Assembly (NCBI GenBank): GCA_013140695.1
Contig: JABFSI010000007.1
Location: 15,560 to 79,559 of the forward strand
Reading direction: 5' to 3'
Length of the DNA stretch: 64,000 nt
Source: Sideroxydans sp.
Lineage (GTDB): Bacteria > Pseudomonadota > Gammaproteobacteria > Burkholderiales > Gallionellaceae
Shown: in pieces, positions 8,563 through 18,463 of the stretch
Numbering within the stretch: position 1 is the first letter of the stretch
Layout of the letters: each line of letters begins with the position of its first letter
The notes under the pieces: generated by a model
Seen by the model: only the letters and a program-made list of their open reading frames with translations
Told to the model about the DNA's origin: nothing
The model's database searches: none
Position numbers and translations under genes: made by a program

Positions 8563-8715
8563 TTAGTATCCAGTAAGCCCAATACCAGAACCGAGATTAA
8601 ATAGTCCCGCTAGCAGCCATGGGCTAATATGGGGGGGGTAATATATTGCGAGTGACGTTCCTGCCCCGAATAGCAAAGCAGATCCCAATGCAGCAAGAAG
8701 TCCTTTTGTAACATT
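8563..8715 (-). pseudogene. Possible truncated EamA/DMT-family transporter N-terminus
   Basis: KGLLAALGSALLFGAGTSLAIYYPPHISPWLLAGLFNLGSGIGL resembles the first two TMs of DMT transporters. Stops after about 50 codons. Contains a C7 homopolymer. Confidence 0.3.
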
Positions 8716-8728
8716 TTTAAATTCTCTA

Positions 8729-11152
8729 TTAAACAGCCTGACTATGACGTAGCAGACGCAAACCATTAAATACTACAATCAAACTCGCCCCCATATCAGC
8801 AAATACCGCCATCCATAGTGTCGCTAATCCCATTAAAGCGAGCACTAAAAACACAGCTTTGATACTTAAGGAAATGATAATATTTTGTTTCAAAATACCA
8901 GCGGCTTTAATACTTAATCGAATGAAATGTGGAATTTTTCGTAAATCATCATCCATTAAAGCGACATCTGCTGTTTCTAACGCAGTATCAGTACCAGCAG
9001 CTCCCATTGCAAAACCAATACTGGATTTAGCTAGCGCAGGCGCATCGTTGATACCGTCACCTACCATTCCTACCGTGCCATATTTGCTTAACTCTTCATT
9101 AATGACAGATAGCTTATCTTCAGGCAATAAATTACCTCTGGCATCATCTATGCCAACGCTTTTAGCAATTGCTTTTGCTGTGAGGTCATTATCTCCGGTA
9201 AGCATTAAGGTGCGAATTCCCAAGGCATGTAATTCAACTATCGCTTGACGACTAGACTCTCGAACAGTGTCAGCTACAGCGATCACAGCGAGTGGTGTTG
9301 TTTCATTACTTATAATGACAGCTGTTTTACCTTCGGCCTCCAGCTTATTCAACGCAGTTTCTGTAGCCCCATTGCATATGCCCAATTCTTCAACCAAACG
9401 ATGATTACCTAAGTAATACCACTGATTGCCTATGCGTCCTTTGACACCACGCCCAGTGATAGCTTCAAAGTCTGCAACATTATCTAAAACTACTACTTCA
9501 GATTGCGATTTAACGTGCGCACTCAGTGCTGCTGAAACAGGGTGGTCGGAGCGACCAGCTAACGTTACGGCCAATGTGATTGCCTGCTTCTGTTCACCAC
9601 TTAAAGCTACTATATCGGTCACAACTGGTTTACCTTGTGTGATCGTACCCGTTTTATCCATTGCCAATGACTTCAGCTTTCGTCCTTCCTCAAGGTAGAC
9701 GCCACCCTTGATCAGGATTCCAGCTTTAGCGGCTGCTGCCAGACCGCTCACTACCGTTACCGGCGTTGAAACCACCAGTGCGCATGGACAAGCAATGACT
9801 AACAATACTAGCGCTTTGTAAATCCATGGCAACCATGGCAACCCAAATACAAGTGACGGCACAACGGCAATACTTAATGCGAGAATGAATACGATAGGCG
9901 TGTATATCTTAGCAAAGCTATCCACGAAGCGTTGCGTTGGTGCACGGCTACCTTGCGCCTCTTCGACCGCTCGGATGATGCGCGACAACGTTGAATCAGT
10001 TTGTACTGCTGTAATGCGATATTCGAAGGAGCCAGTTTCATTGAGGGTACCAGCAAAGACTTTATCACCAATGGATTTTGAGACAGGCATACTTTCGCCC
10101 GTGATCGGTGCCTGATTGACTGCGGACTGTCCTTTAGTCAATTCCCCATCTAATGGAATACGTTCTCCTGGACCTACGCGGGCGGTCATGCCAATGGTGA
10201 TCATTGCAGCGTCAGTTGATTTCCAGGTACCATCATCTTGTAAAATGTTTGCCTTATCAGGTGTCATTTCCATCAAACTGCGAATAGCGTTGCGAGCACG
10301 GTCGAGCGACAACGCTTCAATCATCTCAGCAAGGGTAAACAGCACCATGACCACCGCAGCCTCTGGCCATTGCCCGATCATGATCGCCCCAGTCACTGCA
10401 ATCGACATCAATGCATTGATGTTTAGATTGAAGTTCTTTAAAGCAATCCAGCCTTTTTTGTAAGTACCTGTACCGCTCACTGCAATTGCAAAAAGCGCTA
10501 ATGCTACTACAGGCCAAGACTTCTCCGATCCGCCAGTCCATACAATTACTTCGGCTAAAATGGCTGAGATGCCACCAAGGCCTAATAACCACCATTTTTT
10601 CTGGGGATTTGGAGGAGGCGCGTTATCTGATTGCGCTCGTACTGCTGTTGCTACTAATGGTACTGCATGCATGTCTATCGCGATTAATGCTTGCTTGATG
10701 GCATCAGACTTTCCTAAAGTATGCGTGACCGTCAGCTTGCGTTGCATTAGATTGAACTCTAATTCAGTAATACCCTTCATCGTGGATAACTTATTGCGAA
10801 TTAATGCTTCTTCAGTCGGGCAGTCCATGTTGTCAATGATAAAAATGGCTTGAGAATTACCTGATGATAGCCTAGGAGCGTTTTCTATGACAGGCTCCAT
10901 ATCAAGAGCCATGACTGCGGCAATAATGGCTTCAGGATATTGCAAATGATGTCTTACAGTCAGCTTGCGTTGGATTAGATTGAAATCAAGACTTTCAACA
11001 CCTTTCATACCTTCAAGCTTTTTGCGTATTAAGGACTCCTCAGTCGGACAATCCATTTTTTCAATGTGGAGTATTAGTGTCTCAGACAGTATTTTTGTAG
11101 CTGTCTCAGCTTTTAAAGGCAAGCCGGAATTATGGTTATGATTATCTCTCAT
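8729..11152 (-). CDS. zntA: Zn(II)/Cd(II)/Pb(II)-type P1B-2 ATPase
   Basis: CPC (VIACPCALVVSTP), DKTGTIT, GDGINDAP, last-TM ADMGASLIVVFNGLRLL (Asp as in divalent pumps). Two N-terminal HMA-like domains with MDCPTEE. Confidence 0.85.
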   Translation of the reverse strand: MRDNHNHNSGLPLKAETATKILSETLILHIEKMDCPTEESLIRKKLEGMKGVESLDFNLIQRKLTVRHHLQYPEAIIAAVMALDMEPVIENAPRLSSGNSQAIFIIDNMDCPTEEALIRNKLSTMKGITELEFNLMQRKLTVTHTLGKSDAIKQALIAIDMHAVPLVATAVRAQSDNAPPPNPQKKWWLLGLGGISAILAEVIVWTGGSEKSWPVVALALFAIAVSGTGTYKKGWIALKNFNLNINALMSIAVTGAIMIGQWPEAAVVMVLFTLAEMIEALSLDRARNAIRSLMEMTPDKANILQDDGTWKSTDAAMITIGMTARVGPGERIPLDGELTKGQSAVNQAPITGESMPVSKSIGDKVFAGTLNETGSFEYRITAVQTDSTLSRIIRAVEEAQGSRAPTQRFVDSFAKIYTPIVFILALSIAVVPSLVFGLPWLPWIYKALVLLVIACPCALVVSTPVTVVSGLAAAAKAGILIKGGVYLEEGRKLKSLAMDKTGTITQGKPVVTDIVALSGEQKQAITLAVTLAGRSDHPVSAALSAHVKSQSEVVVLDNVADFEAITGRGVKGRIGNQWYYLGNHRLVEELGICNGATETALNKLEAEGKTAVIISNETTPLAVIAVADTVRESSRQAIVELHALGIRTLMLTGDNDLTAKAIAKSVGIDDARGNLLPEDKLSVINEELSKYGTVGMVGDGINDAPALAKSSIGFAMGAAGTDTALETADVALMDDDLRKIPHFIRLSIKAAGILKQNIIISLSIKAVFLVLALMGLATLWMAVFADMGASLIVVFNGLRLLRHSQAV

Positions 11153-11179
11153 GATGTTGCAACCTTATTCTTGGTAACA

Positions 11180-11911
11180 TTAAATAAACATTTCAATCGT
11201 TAATAGCAAAATGAATCCTACAAAAAACATGGCTGTCTGCGCACTTGTTTCAGGCACTTCATGCGCTTCTACCAACAGCTCTTCAGTCACTAGATAGAGC
11301 AGCGCCGCTAAACCAAAGGCGAGAACTGCATCAAGCAGCATATCTGAGGCTCCCACAAGTAATGTTTCACCTGCCCAAGCACCGACGATTAATGTCAGGG
11401 CAAACCCTAGCGTAATCAAAAACACACGCTTCCGACTGGCACCGGAACTTTGGAGTGCAGCACCACCAGACAAACCTAAAAATAACACCTCTAACGTTAA
11501 TGCAATGGTTAGTAATAACCCTTGTTTTTGTCCGGCGGCAAACCCAAGCCCAATAAGCAAGCCGTCCAATGCGATATCTAAACCTAATATCACAATAAGA
11601 CTGGTTGGCTGCTGTTGAGAAGGAATAATTCCCTTTTGCCCAAACTTTTCTGCGAAGTGTTTAACCATTAGCATCACGATGACACCTAGAGTAAAACCCA
11701 ACAAAGTGACCCACGGCATCTTGCGATGCACTAGGTCAGGCAATAACTCAGTAGAAAGCGCGCAGAACAGCACACCAGCTGCAAAATGCTGCACTGCGCT
11801 GATAAGTCTGGGCTGCATGTTGCGCCAAAGTGCAATGGCTCCACCTGCCATGACAGCCACAGCAGGATAGAGTGCAAAAACTATTACACTTTGAGCAGTT
11901 TGCATAACCAT
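11180..11911 (-). CDS. ZIP-family divalent metal transporter (ZupT-like importer)
   Basis: 243-aa, about 8-TM protein with HFAAGVLF, GLDIALDGLLIGLGF and LVTEELLVEAHE motifs typical of ZIP/ZupT. Confidence 0.75.
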   Translation of the reverse strand: MVMQTAQSVIVFALYPAVAVMAGGAIALWRNMQPRLISAVQHFAAGVLFCALSTELLPDLVHRKMPWVTLLGFTLGVIVMLMVKHFAEKFGQKGIIPSQQQPTSLIVILGLDIALDGLLIGLGFAAGQKQGLLLTIALTLEVLFLGLSGGAALQSSGASRKRVFLITLGFALTLIVGAWAGETLLVGASDMLLDAVLAFGLAALLYLVTEELLVEAHEVPETSAQTAMFFVGFILLLTIEMFI

Positions 11912-11914
11912 CCT

Positions 11915-12253
11915 TTAGTTATGAACCTTGCTAACAGGTACAGCAGACAAAACGTCGGTAACGATAATCCAGCCTTCCTCGTGATCACCAGTATGTCCGA
12001 CCCGCTGTATGACTTCTACAAGGTTTGCAACTGCCTCTTCATGACACAATATTTCGACTTTAAATTCATTAATCACTGTTTCTCCGAAATTTACTGAGTA
12101 TCTGGCTTCTTTCAATTCTGTGTCATGAAGTAGCGCTTGAACGGGGAAAACAGCAAAATTGCTGATTTGTGAGCCTTGCACCTCTACTTCCTTAAGAGCT
12201 TGCAACACATCGGAAACACGGTGAGCATGGATAAACGCTTTAATTTCTCTCAT
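11915..12253 (-). CDS. PII (GlnB)-like signal-transduction fold protein with a divergent T-loop
   Basis: MREIKAFIHAHRVSDVLQALKE ... FKVEILCHEEAVANLVEVIQRVGHTGDHEEGWIIVTDV parallels the GlnB beta-alpha-beta layout. The T-loop region lacks the GlnB Tyr51 context. 7 nt downstream of the RND gene. Confidence 0.55.
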   Translation of the reverse strand: MREIKAFIHAHRVSDVLQALKEVEVQGSQISNFAVFPVQALLHDTELKEARYSVNFGETVINEFKVEILCHEEAVANLVEVIQRVGHTGDHEEGWIIVTDVLSAVPVSKVHN

Positions 12254-12263
12254 GATTTTGTCC

Positions 12264-15200
12264 TTAATTAGATTCTATAGTGGATGAGGCTGTGTTGGTT
12301 TTGCGAGCAGCCCTTGTTTCGACCCACTCATACACAACCGGCAGCAACAGCAAAGTAAGCAAGGTTGAGGTGATTAAACCACCTACCACCACTGTCGCAA
12401 GTGGCCGTTGTGTTTCAGCACCGACTCCGCTTGATAGCAACATCGGCACTAAACCTAATATCGCTACGCTGGCAGTCATGAGCACTGGTCTTAGCCGCAA
12501 CATCGCACCTTGTTTAACTGCTTCTGCAACCGATAAGCCTTTATCCTGCAATTCATTAAAGAAGCTGACTAGAACAATACCATTCAACATCGCCACACCG
12601 AACACGGCAATAAAACCAATAGCGGATGGTACGGATAGATATTGCCCTGTGATGAATAGTGCCAAAATTCCACCCACTGCGGCAAAAGGTACATTGGCTA
12701 GAATCATCGCCGCATACTTGAACGAATTGAACGCGGTATAAAGCAGTATGAATATGAAGAAAATCGTCAGAGGTACGATGATGGACAGCCTTGTGAGTGC
12801 CCGTTGTTGGTTCTCAAAAGCGCCGCCCCATTCGATCCAGTAGCCGGTCGGCAATTTAACTTTTTGACTGATATTAGCTTCTGCTTCTTTGACAAAGCCA
12901 TCTACATCTCGTCCTTTTACATCCAATTGAATCACGGCATAACGCTGCAACTGTTCACGACGAATGAATGAATAGCCCTCAGCCACATCCACTTTGGCGA
13001 CTTCAGTAAGCGGAATCATGCCTCCTGTAGGTGTGCGTAGCGGAATGGCACCAATAGCTGCTGGACTAGCCTTTGCACTATCTTCTAGTTTGAAAGCAAT
13101 ATCGTAACGACGTACGCCATCAATCAATGTAGAGATGGGTTCTTGGCCGATACCAGAACGCACGACTTGTAAAACGTCATCTGCATTCATGCCGTAGCGA
13201 GCGAGCTTCTCTCTATCCACCGTGATACGGATTTGCGGTTTACCGATATTGGCTTCTAATGACACATCGGTAGCACCTGGCACTTTATCGACCACTTCTT
13301 TTAATTGCCCTGACAGCCTATCTAAAGTAGCTAAGTCGCCACCATAGACTTTCAAGGCCAGCGTTGCTCGAACACCAGAAATCAACTCTTCTACGCGCAT
13401 CTGAATCGGTTGGGTAAAGGCGATGACTGAGTTGGGTGCTACTTTCTCTAACTTTTCGCGCATTCCGTCTGCTAATTGTTCAATCGACCTACCATTCGTC
13501 CATGCCTCTTTGGGCTTGAGTTCTGTGTAGATTTCCATATAGTTCACATCCGCGGTTTCGCCTTTTTCAGCGCGACCGATCATGGCAATGGCTGTATTGA
13601 CTTCAGGAAACTCTTTGAGTGACTTTTCGATGCGTTTTGAAATGGCGATTGATTCATCTAATGAGGTAGATGGAATAGAAGTCACGCGCCACATGATTGA
13701 GCCTTCTTGCAGTTGTGGCATAAATTCTTTACCAAGAAACGGAAACAAAGCCAGACTTGCAACCAGCGACACTCCTGAAATAATACCGACCATTTTTTTA
13801 TGTGAGAGTACCCAATCCAAAAGTGGCAAGTACCGACGTTTGATGACGCGCATTAACAGCGTATCCCGTTCTGCTTTAGGCTTGAGGAATAATGCTGCAA
13901 GTACAGGAATCAGGGTTAAGGCAAGTATTAACGAACCAGCCATTGCAAAGCTAATGCTAAACGCCATAGGCTTGAACATCTTACCTTCCAGACCTTGTAA
14001 GCTGAAGAGTGGTAAGAACACAACGATAATAATGAGAATAGCGAACGCCATTGGGTTGGCGACTTCTTTTGCTGCTGTTAAGACAGCTTCAGTCCGATTC
14101 ACTTTGCCACCATGCTCAAGCCGCTCTGCCATAATACGAAACGAGTTTTCCACCATGACCACAGCACCATCCACCATCATGCCAATACCAATTGCTAAAC
14201 CCGCCAGTGACATCAAGTTAGCCGATAACCCTGCCTGATCCATACATATGAAAGCAGCAAGCATTGCTAACGGCAGTGCAGCTACCACTACTAATGCAGA
14301 TCGAACCTCCCCTAAAAAGAGGAACAAGATAATCGCTACCAGTATTGAGCCTTCAATTAGTGCACGGATAGCGGTATCAATGGCTTTATTTACCAAATCA
14401 GTACGCTCATACACTGTTCTGATGGTTGCGCCTTCTGGTAACGCTTGTTTAGCGGTAGTGAGTTTTGCTTTAACCGCATCCACTACACTTTTTGCATTTT
14501 CACCAACACGTGATAGCGCCATGCCCAGTACGACTTCCTTACCATCTCGGGTGACAGCACCAGTACGCAATGCACCCCCTTGTTGAATCTTGGCAATATC
14601 ACGTAAATAAACGGGTGTGCCATTGACAGTTTTAACGACGATTTGACCAAGTTCTGTTTCGTTTTTGACTAAGCCTAAACCACGGACTAAAAATTGCTCT
14701 TGCCCAATATCAACATATTGCCCCCCGACTTGACGGTTATTTACGCCCACTGTTTCAAGCACCTCTTTGAAAGTGAGGCCGTATTTTGCAAAAGCTTGTG
14801 GGTTGAGCACAATTTGATATTGACGTTCTTGACCACCCCACGACATCACATCGTCCACACCTGGCGCTGTGCGTAAAATCAAGCGGATTGACCAGTCCTG
14901 TAATGTACGTAATTCCATGTCTGACGGTGCAGATTTGGTTGGTTCTGCCTTCACTTTTACGGCTTCTAGCTTCTCTTCAGCGCGTTCCACCGTGTACCAG
15001 AACACTTGACCTAAACCAGAAGTATTGGGTCCCATTTCAGGAACACCATAGCCGGCAGGCAGGCGACCTGCGACTTCCTGCAAACGCTCTGCAACTAACC
15101 GTCGTGCAAAGTAAATGTCCATGTCATCTTCAAAATAGACAGCGACATAGGACAGCCCAAATAAGCTGACTGAACGGATTTCCTGTACTTTAGGCAAGCC

Positions 15201-15422
15201 AGCAAGTGCTGACTCAATAGGAAATGAAAGTAACTGCTCTACGTCCTCAGAAGCCAAGCCAGGCGATTCTGTATAGATATTGACTTGTACTGGGGTGACA
15301 TCCGGGAAGGCGTCTACTGGTACTTTATGCCAAGCACGGATGCCTAAGCCAGCGACGACGACAAATAAAATAATGACGAGTAGTTTGTAACGCAATGAAG
15401 CGTCAATGATTGAGTTTAGCAT
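12264..15422 (-). CDS. Heavy-metal efflux (HME) RND inner-membrane pump, CzcA/CusA family
   Basis: 1052 aa, RND topology, TM4 SANLMSLAGLAIGIGMMVDGAVVMVEN. Preceded by the MFP and OMF genes. Confidence 0.9.
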   Translation of the reverse strand: MLNSIIDASLRYKLLVIILFVVVAGLGIRAWHKVPVDAFPDVTPVQVNIYTESPGLASEDVEQLLSFPIESALAGLPKVQEIRSVSLFGLSYVAVYFEDDMDIYFARRLVAERLQEVAGRLPAGYGVPEMGPNTSGLGQVFWYTVERAEEKLEAVKVKAEPTKSAPSDMELRTLQDWSIRLILRTAPGVDDVMSWGGQERQYQIVLNPQAFAKYGLTFKEVLETVGVNNRQVGGQYVDIGQEQFLVRGLGLVKNETELGQIVVKTVNGTPVYLRDIAKIQQGGALRTGAVTRDGKEVVLGMALSRVGENAKSVVDAVKAKLTTAKQALPEGATIRTVYERTDLVNKAIDTAIRALIEGSILVAIILFLFLGEVRSALVVVAALPLAMLAAFICMDQAGLSANLMSLAGLAIGIGMMVDGAVVMVENSFRIMAERLEHGGKVNRTEAVLTAAKEVANPMAFAILIIIVVFLPLFSLQGLEGKMFKPMAFSISFAMAGSLILALTLIPVLAALFLKPKAERDTLLMRVIKRRYLPLLDWVLSHKKMVGIISGVSLVASLALFPFLGKEFMPQLQEGSIMWRVTSIPSTSLDESIAISKRIEKSLKEFPEVNTAIAMIGRAEKGETADVNYMEIYTELKPKEAWTNGRSIEQLADGMREKLEKVAPNSVIAFTQPIQMRVEELISGVRATLALKVYGGDLATLDRLSGQLKEVVDKVPGATDVSLEANIGKPQIRITVDREKLARYGMNADDVLQVVRSGIGQEPISTLIDGVRRYDIAFKLEDSAKASPAAIGAIPLRTPTGGMIPLTEVAKVDVAEGYSFIRREQLQRYAVIQLDVKGRDVDGFVKEAEANISQKVKLPTGYWIEWGGAFENQQRALTRLSIIVPLTIFFIFILLYTAFNSFKYAAMILANVPFAAVGGILALFITGQYLSVPSAIGFIAVFGVAMLNGIVLVSFFNELQDKGLSVAEAVKQGAMLRLRPVLMTASVAILGLVPMLLSSGVGAETQRPLATVVVGGLITSTLLTLLLLPVVYEWVETRAARKTNTASSTIESN

Positions 15423-15434
15423 GATCTTATCCCC

Positions 15435-16649
15435 TTAGTCTGCATCGCCAATTTGCGATTTTAATTGACGTGACTTAAGCGCATACGCACCACCTGTGAC
15501 TACTTGTTCACCTGCTTTCAATCCAGAAGTGATGACAACACCTTTGTTAAGTTGCTCTCCCACTTCAACAGCACGCGCCTCAAAGCCGCCTTCAGTTTGC
15601 ACATACACAGTGGATTGACCCTGCACCAGTAATACCGCCTCTTGCGGCAATATCAGTGCTTCACGTGAGCTGGTCAAATCAATCACAGCACGCGCAAACA
15701 TGTCAATGCGGAGTTTTCTGGCGGGATTGGGTAATTCGATACGTGCTTTAACAGTGCGCGTTTCTTTATCAAAGATGCTGGAAACATAGCTTACCTTGCC
15801 TTTGAACGATTCATCAGGAAACGAAGAGACAGTAACAGTTGCAGGCGAACCAATCGTTAGCTTGCCTAAGTCTTTCTCTGACACATCAGCTTCAATCCAT
15901 ACTGTGCTTAAATCAGCAATGGTAAAAAGCTTGCCTTCAGGTTTGGCTAACTCTCCCATCACAGCATCCTTTTCAATGACTACACCTGAGAATGGTGCAG
16001 TGATGACGAAAGTAGATATGCCTGTATCAGATGAGCCAACTAATATATGTAGATGATCAGCACTCTCGCGAGCGGTGGTTTGTGCACGCTCATAAGCGTT
16101 TTTAACTTCTAGCCACTGACGTTGCGGCACGACTTCATCTTTGTATAACTTATCCGTACGTTGGAAATTAGCCTCAGCCAATTTCAATTCACTTTGGGCA
16201 TGACGATATTCAGCACGCGCCTCACCCATCTGGATACTGTCGATTACTGCAAGCGATTGGCCGGTTTTGACTTGATCGCCCAAGTTAGCTGTTACTTTAA
16301 TTAATTTACCCTCCACACGCGGTGCAACAAAGGCAATACGGTCTTGATTAGCAGTAATATTGGCACTGAGTATCAATTGATCAGCCACCTGCTCTAACTG
16401 AATTTTAGTCACAGTGATATTAGATTGCTGTAACTCTTCTGCAGATAAATTAATTTTCCCATCACTCTTAGGTTCAGCTGTTTTTTTTGCAGAAGTCGCT
16501 TTAGCAGGCTGCTCCTTGCTGTCTGTGCTTTCCTTAGCTGCCTCAGGTGTCTTGGATGCGCCGCAACTGCTAAGCAAAAGACTTAATGTCACGGCAACTG
16601 CTATTTTCTTGATGGGTATTGCTTTCATACTTATTGATGATATTGGCAT
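15435..16649 (-). CDS. RND periplasmic adaptor (CzcB/CusB family MFP), lipoprotein
   Basis: Start moved to the Met giving MPISSISMKAIPIKKIAVAVTLSLLLSSCG (lipobox), which removes the overlap with the OMF gene. Barrel-sandwich hybrid and beta-barrel motifs. Confidence 0.85.
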   Translation of the reverse strand: MPISSISMKAIPIKKIAVAVTLSLLLSSCGASKTPEAAKESTDSKEQPAKATSAKKTAEPKSDGKINLSAEELQQSNITVTKIQLEQVADQLILSANITANQDRIAFVAPRVEGKLIKVTANLGDQVKTGQSLAVIDSIQMGEARAEYRHAQSELKLAEANFQRTDKLYKDEVVPQRQWLEVKNAYERAQTTARESADHLHILVGSSDTGISTFVITAPFSGVVIEKDAVMGELAKPEGKLFTIADLSTVWIEADVSEKDLGKLTIGSPATVTVSSFPDESFKGKVSYVSSIFDKETRTVKARIELPNPARKLRIDMFARAVIDLTSSREALILPQEAVLLVQGQSTVYVQTEGGFEARAVEVGEQLNKGVVITSGLKAGEQVVTGGAYALKSRQLKSQIGDAD

Positions 16650-16659
16650 GATGTTATCC

Positions 16660-17967
16660 TTATTGTTGACTGGCTGACTCATTGGCGAGCGGCCAACCTG
16701 CTGCATATTCGAGTTCTATTTGTGTGAGCCGTAAATCAAGCTGCGCTTCTATTAAATCGCGCTGTGCATCGACGACCTGTCTCTGAACGAGGAGCAATTG
16801 CGACAAAGCAATCTCGCCGTTTTTAAAAGCAATTTGTGAGAGTTTTAGATTTTCTTCTAACTTGGGATAAACAGTTGTCGTTAGTCTTTGCACCCGATCT
16901 TGCAAACTTAGGCGACGTTGCCAGGATGCAATCACGGATGCTCTCGCATCTCGAGTAAGCGTATTCTTCTCGATTTCAACTTGATTTAATTCAGTCGTTG
17001 CCCGGCCAATACCAGCTGCATTCCTACGAAATAGCGGTATCGGTAAAGAAAAACCCAAAGTGGTCACTGTATCTTGGCCACCAACAACCGCATCGCGGCC
17101 GTAGTTTAAGCTGACTGTCAGGTCAGGTGTTCGCACTGCACGTTCTAAATCCAGATTACTACGTGCCGATTGTTCACGCCAAGATAGTGCTTTGAGTGCT
17201 GGCCGATTTGCAACTGATGCCAGTAGATTATCCAAAGTGTATGTGGTGGTGGGAGGTTGTAGTTCCCCTACGACTGTTGGTAACTGTTGCTCTGGTAATT
17301 GCAACGTTGCTGAGAGCGCAGTAAGCGCACGTGTCAGTTGCTCTTGCAGTAAATTGATTTGATTACGTGCTCGCTCAGTTTCAACGACAGCAAGATTACC
17401 ATCAAGCTTGCTATCTTCCCCTGCCTCGACGCGTTTACCAATCAAGCCAGTATTGCGCTCAGTCAATTCCAGCGTGTGCTGTTCAGTTTCAATACGTTTT
17501 TGTAGTGCGAGCACCTGCACAAAACGCTCCTCGACCTCAGCATTGACGCGATGCCGCACTTCATCAATTTCTTGTTGCAGTGCTGTTAATTTTGAATTGG
17601 CAGTTTGGCGTCTATATCCTTGCTGACCGGCTAGCTCAAAAGTCTGGGCCACGCCTGTGTTCCACTCACTGCGTCTTGAATCTGAATTACTCGGATCGTA
17701 AAGTTTGCGTGAGCCACCTTCTAAATTGACGGTTGGATTATTAAATAATGGTGAATTAGCATCTGTAATCTCGCCCTTTGCCGCTTCTAGGCTAACTATA
17801 GCTTTGCGCAACTCAGGACTGTTACGTTGCGCCAATGCCAACGCTGACTCAATGGTCAGTGATTCAGCATAGCTATAAGTTGATGTTGTGATGAATCCAA
17901 AAAATACAAAGCTAAGAAATAGCCACGAACTACGACTATGCTTAACCAAAAATGATGTGTTTGACAC
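16660..17967 (-). CDS. Outer-membrane efflux factor (CzcC/TolC family)
   Basis: 435 aa, signal peptide, two OEP-type repeats. GTG start per ORF track. Confidence 0.85.
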   Translation of the reverse strand: MSNTSFLVKHSRSSWLFLSFVFFGFITTSTYSYAESLTIESALALAQRNSPELRKAIVSLEAAKGEITDANSPLFNNPTVNLEGGSRKLYDPSNSDSRRSEWNTGVAQTFELAGQQGYRRQTANSKLTALQQEIDEVRHRVNAEVEERFVQVLALQKRIETEQHTLELTERNTGLIGKRVEAGEDSKLDGNLAVVETERARNQINLLQEQLTRALTALSATLQLPEQQLPTVVGELQPPTTTYTLDNLLASVANRPALKALSWREQSARSNLDLERAVRTPDLTVSLNYGRDAVVGGQDTVTTLGFSLPIPLFRRNAAGIGRATTELNQVEIEKNTLTRDARASVIASWQRRLSLQDRVQRLTTTVYPKLEENLKLSQIAFKNGEIALSQLLLVQRQVVDAQRDLIEAQLDLRLTQIELEYAAGWPLANESASQQ

Positions 17968-17995
17968 GGTAAACCCTCTCTCATTTGTTAGTAAA

Positions 17996-18028
17996 TTTTC
18001 CTATCCAAAGATCATTTAGATAGGAAAA
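17996..18028 (-). promoter_or_regulatory. Intercistronic stem-loop between the czcI-like and OMF genes
   Basis: Perfect 10-bp inverted repeat ttttcctatc-N13-gataggaaaa. Possible attenuator or processing site. Confidence 0.4.
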
Positions 18029-18037
18029 CCCTGAAAA

Positions 18038-18409
18038 CTAAACTAGAGAGAGTGTGAGAGGGGGACGATATAGCCCTTGTAAGAGTGGGCTTTCGAAAAG
18101 ATGCTTAGCGTACGGAATATCAATATTCGGTTCGTTAAATGCAAAAACATTGGTTGAGGTATTTTCCGCAAAACCAAGCAAATGAAATGCCATATGACAG
18201 CCATGGTTACACTGCTGACTCTGAGCGACATGCTCATGCTTGTTCTGGTTTTGATGGGTACTTTGCACTTCTTGGTGTAAATAAGCCGTAGTATCTTCTT
18301 TGATCGCATCGGCGATCGCATCTGGACTCATCGCCCATAGCGAAGCAAACGCCACAGAAAAGGCGACTAAAAGCGTTATCAATCTGTTGTTAATCAGATG
18401 CATTGACAA
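18038..18409 (-). CDS. CzcI-like small secreted His-rich protein
   Basis: Signal peptide, HQNQNKHEHVAQSQQCNHGCHMAFH, C-terminal YRPP. Occupies the czcI position upstream of the OMF-MFP-RND genes. Confidence 0.5.
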   Translation of the reverse strand: MSMHLINNRLITLLVAFSVAFASLWAMSPDAIADAIKEDTTAYLHQEVQSTHQNQNKHEHVAQSQQCNHGCHMAFHLLGFAENTSTNVFAFNEPNIDIPYAKHLFESPLLQGLYRPPLTLSLV

Positions 18410-18463
18410 ATGTTATATCATTTTGATCAATAATAATAATTTAAGGTATTAAATCACCAAAAA

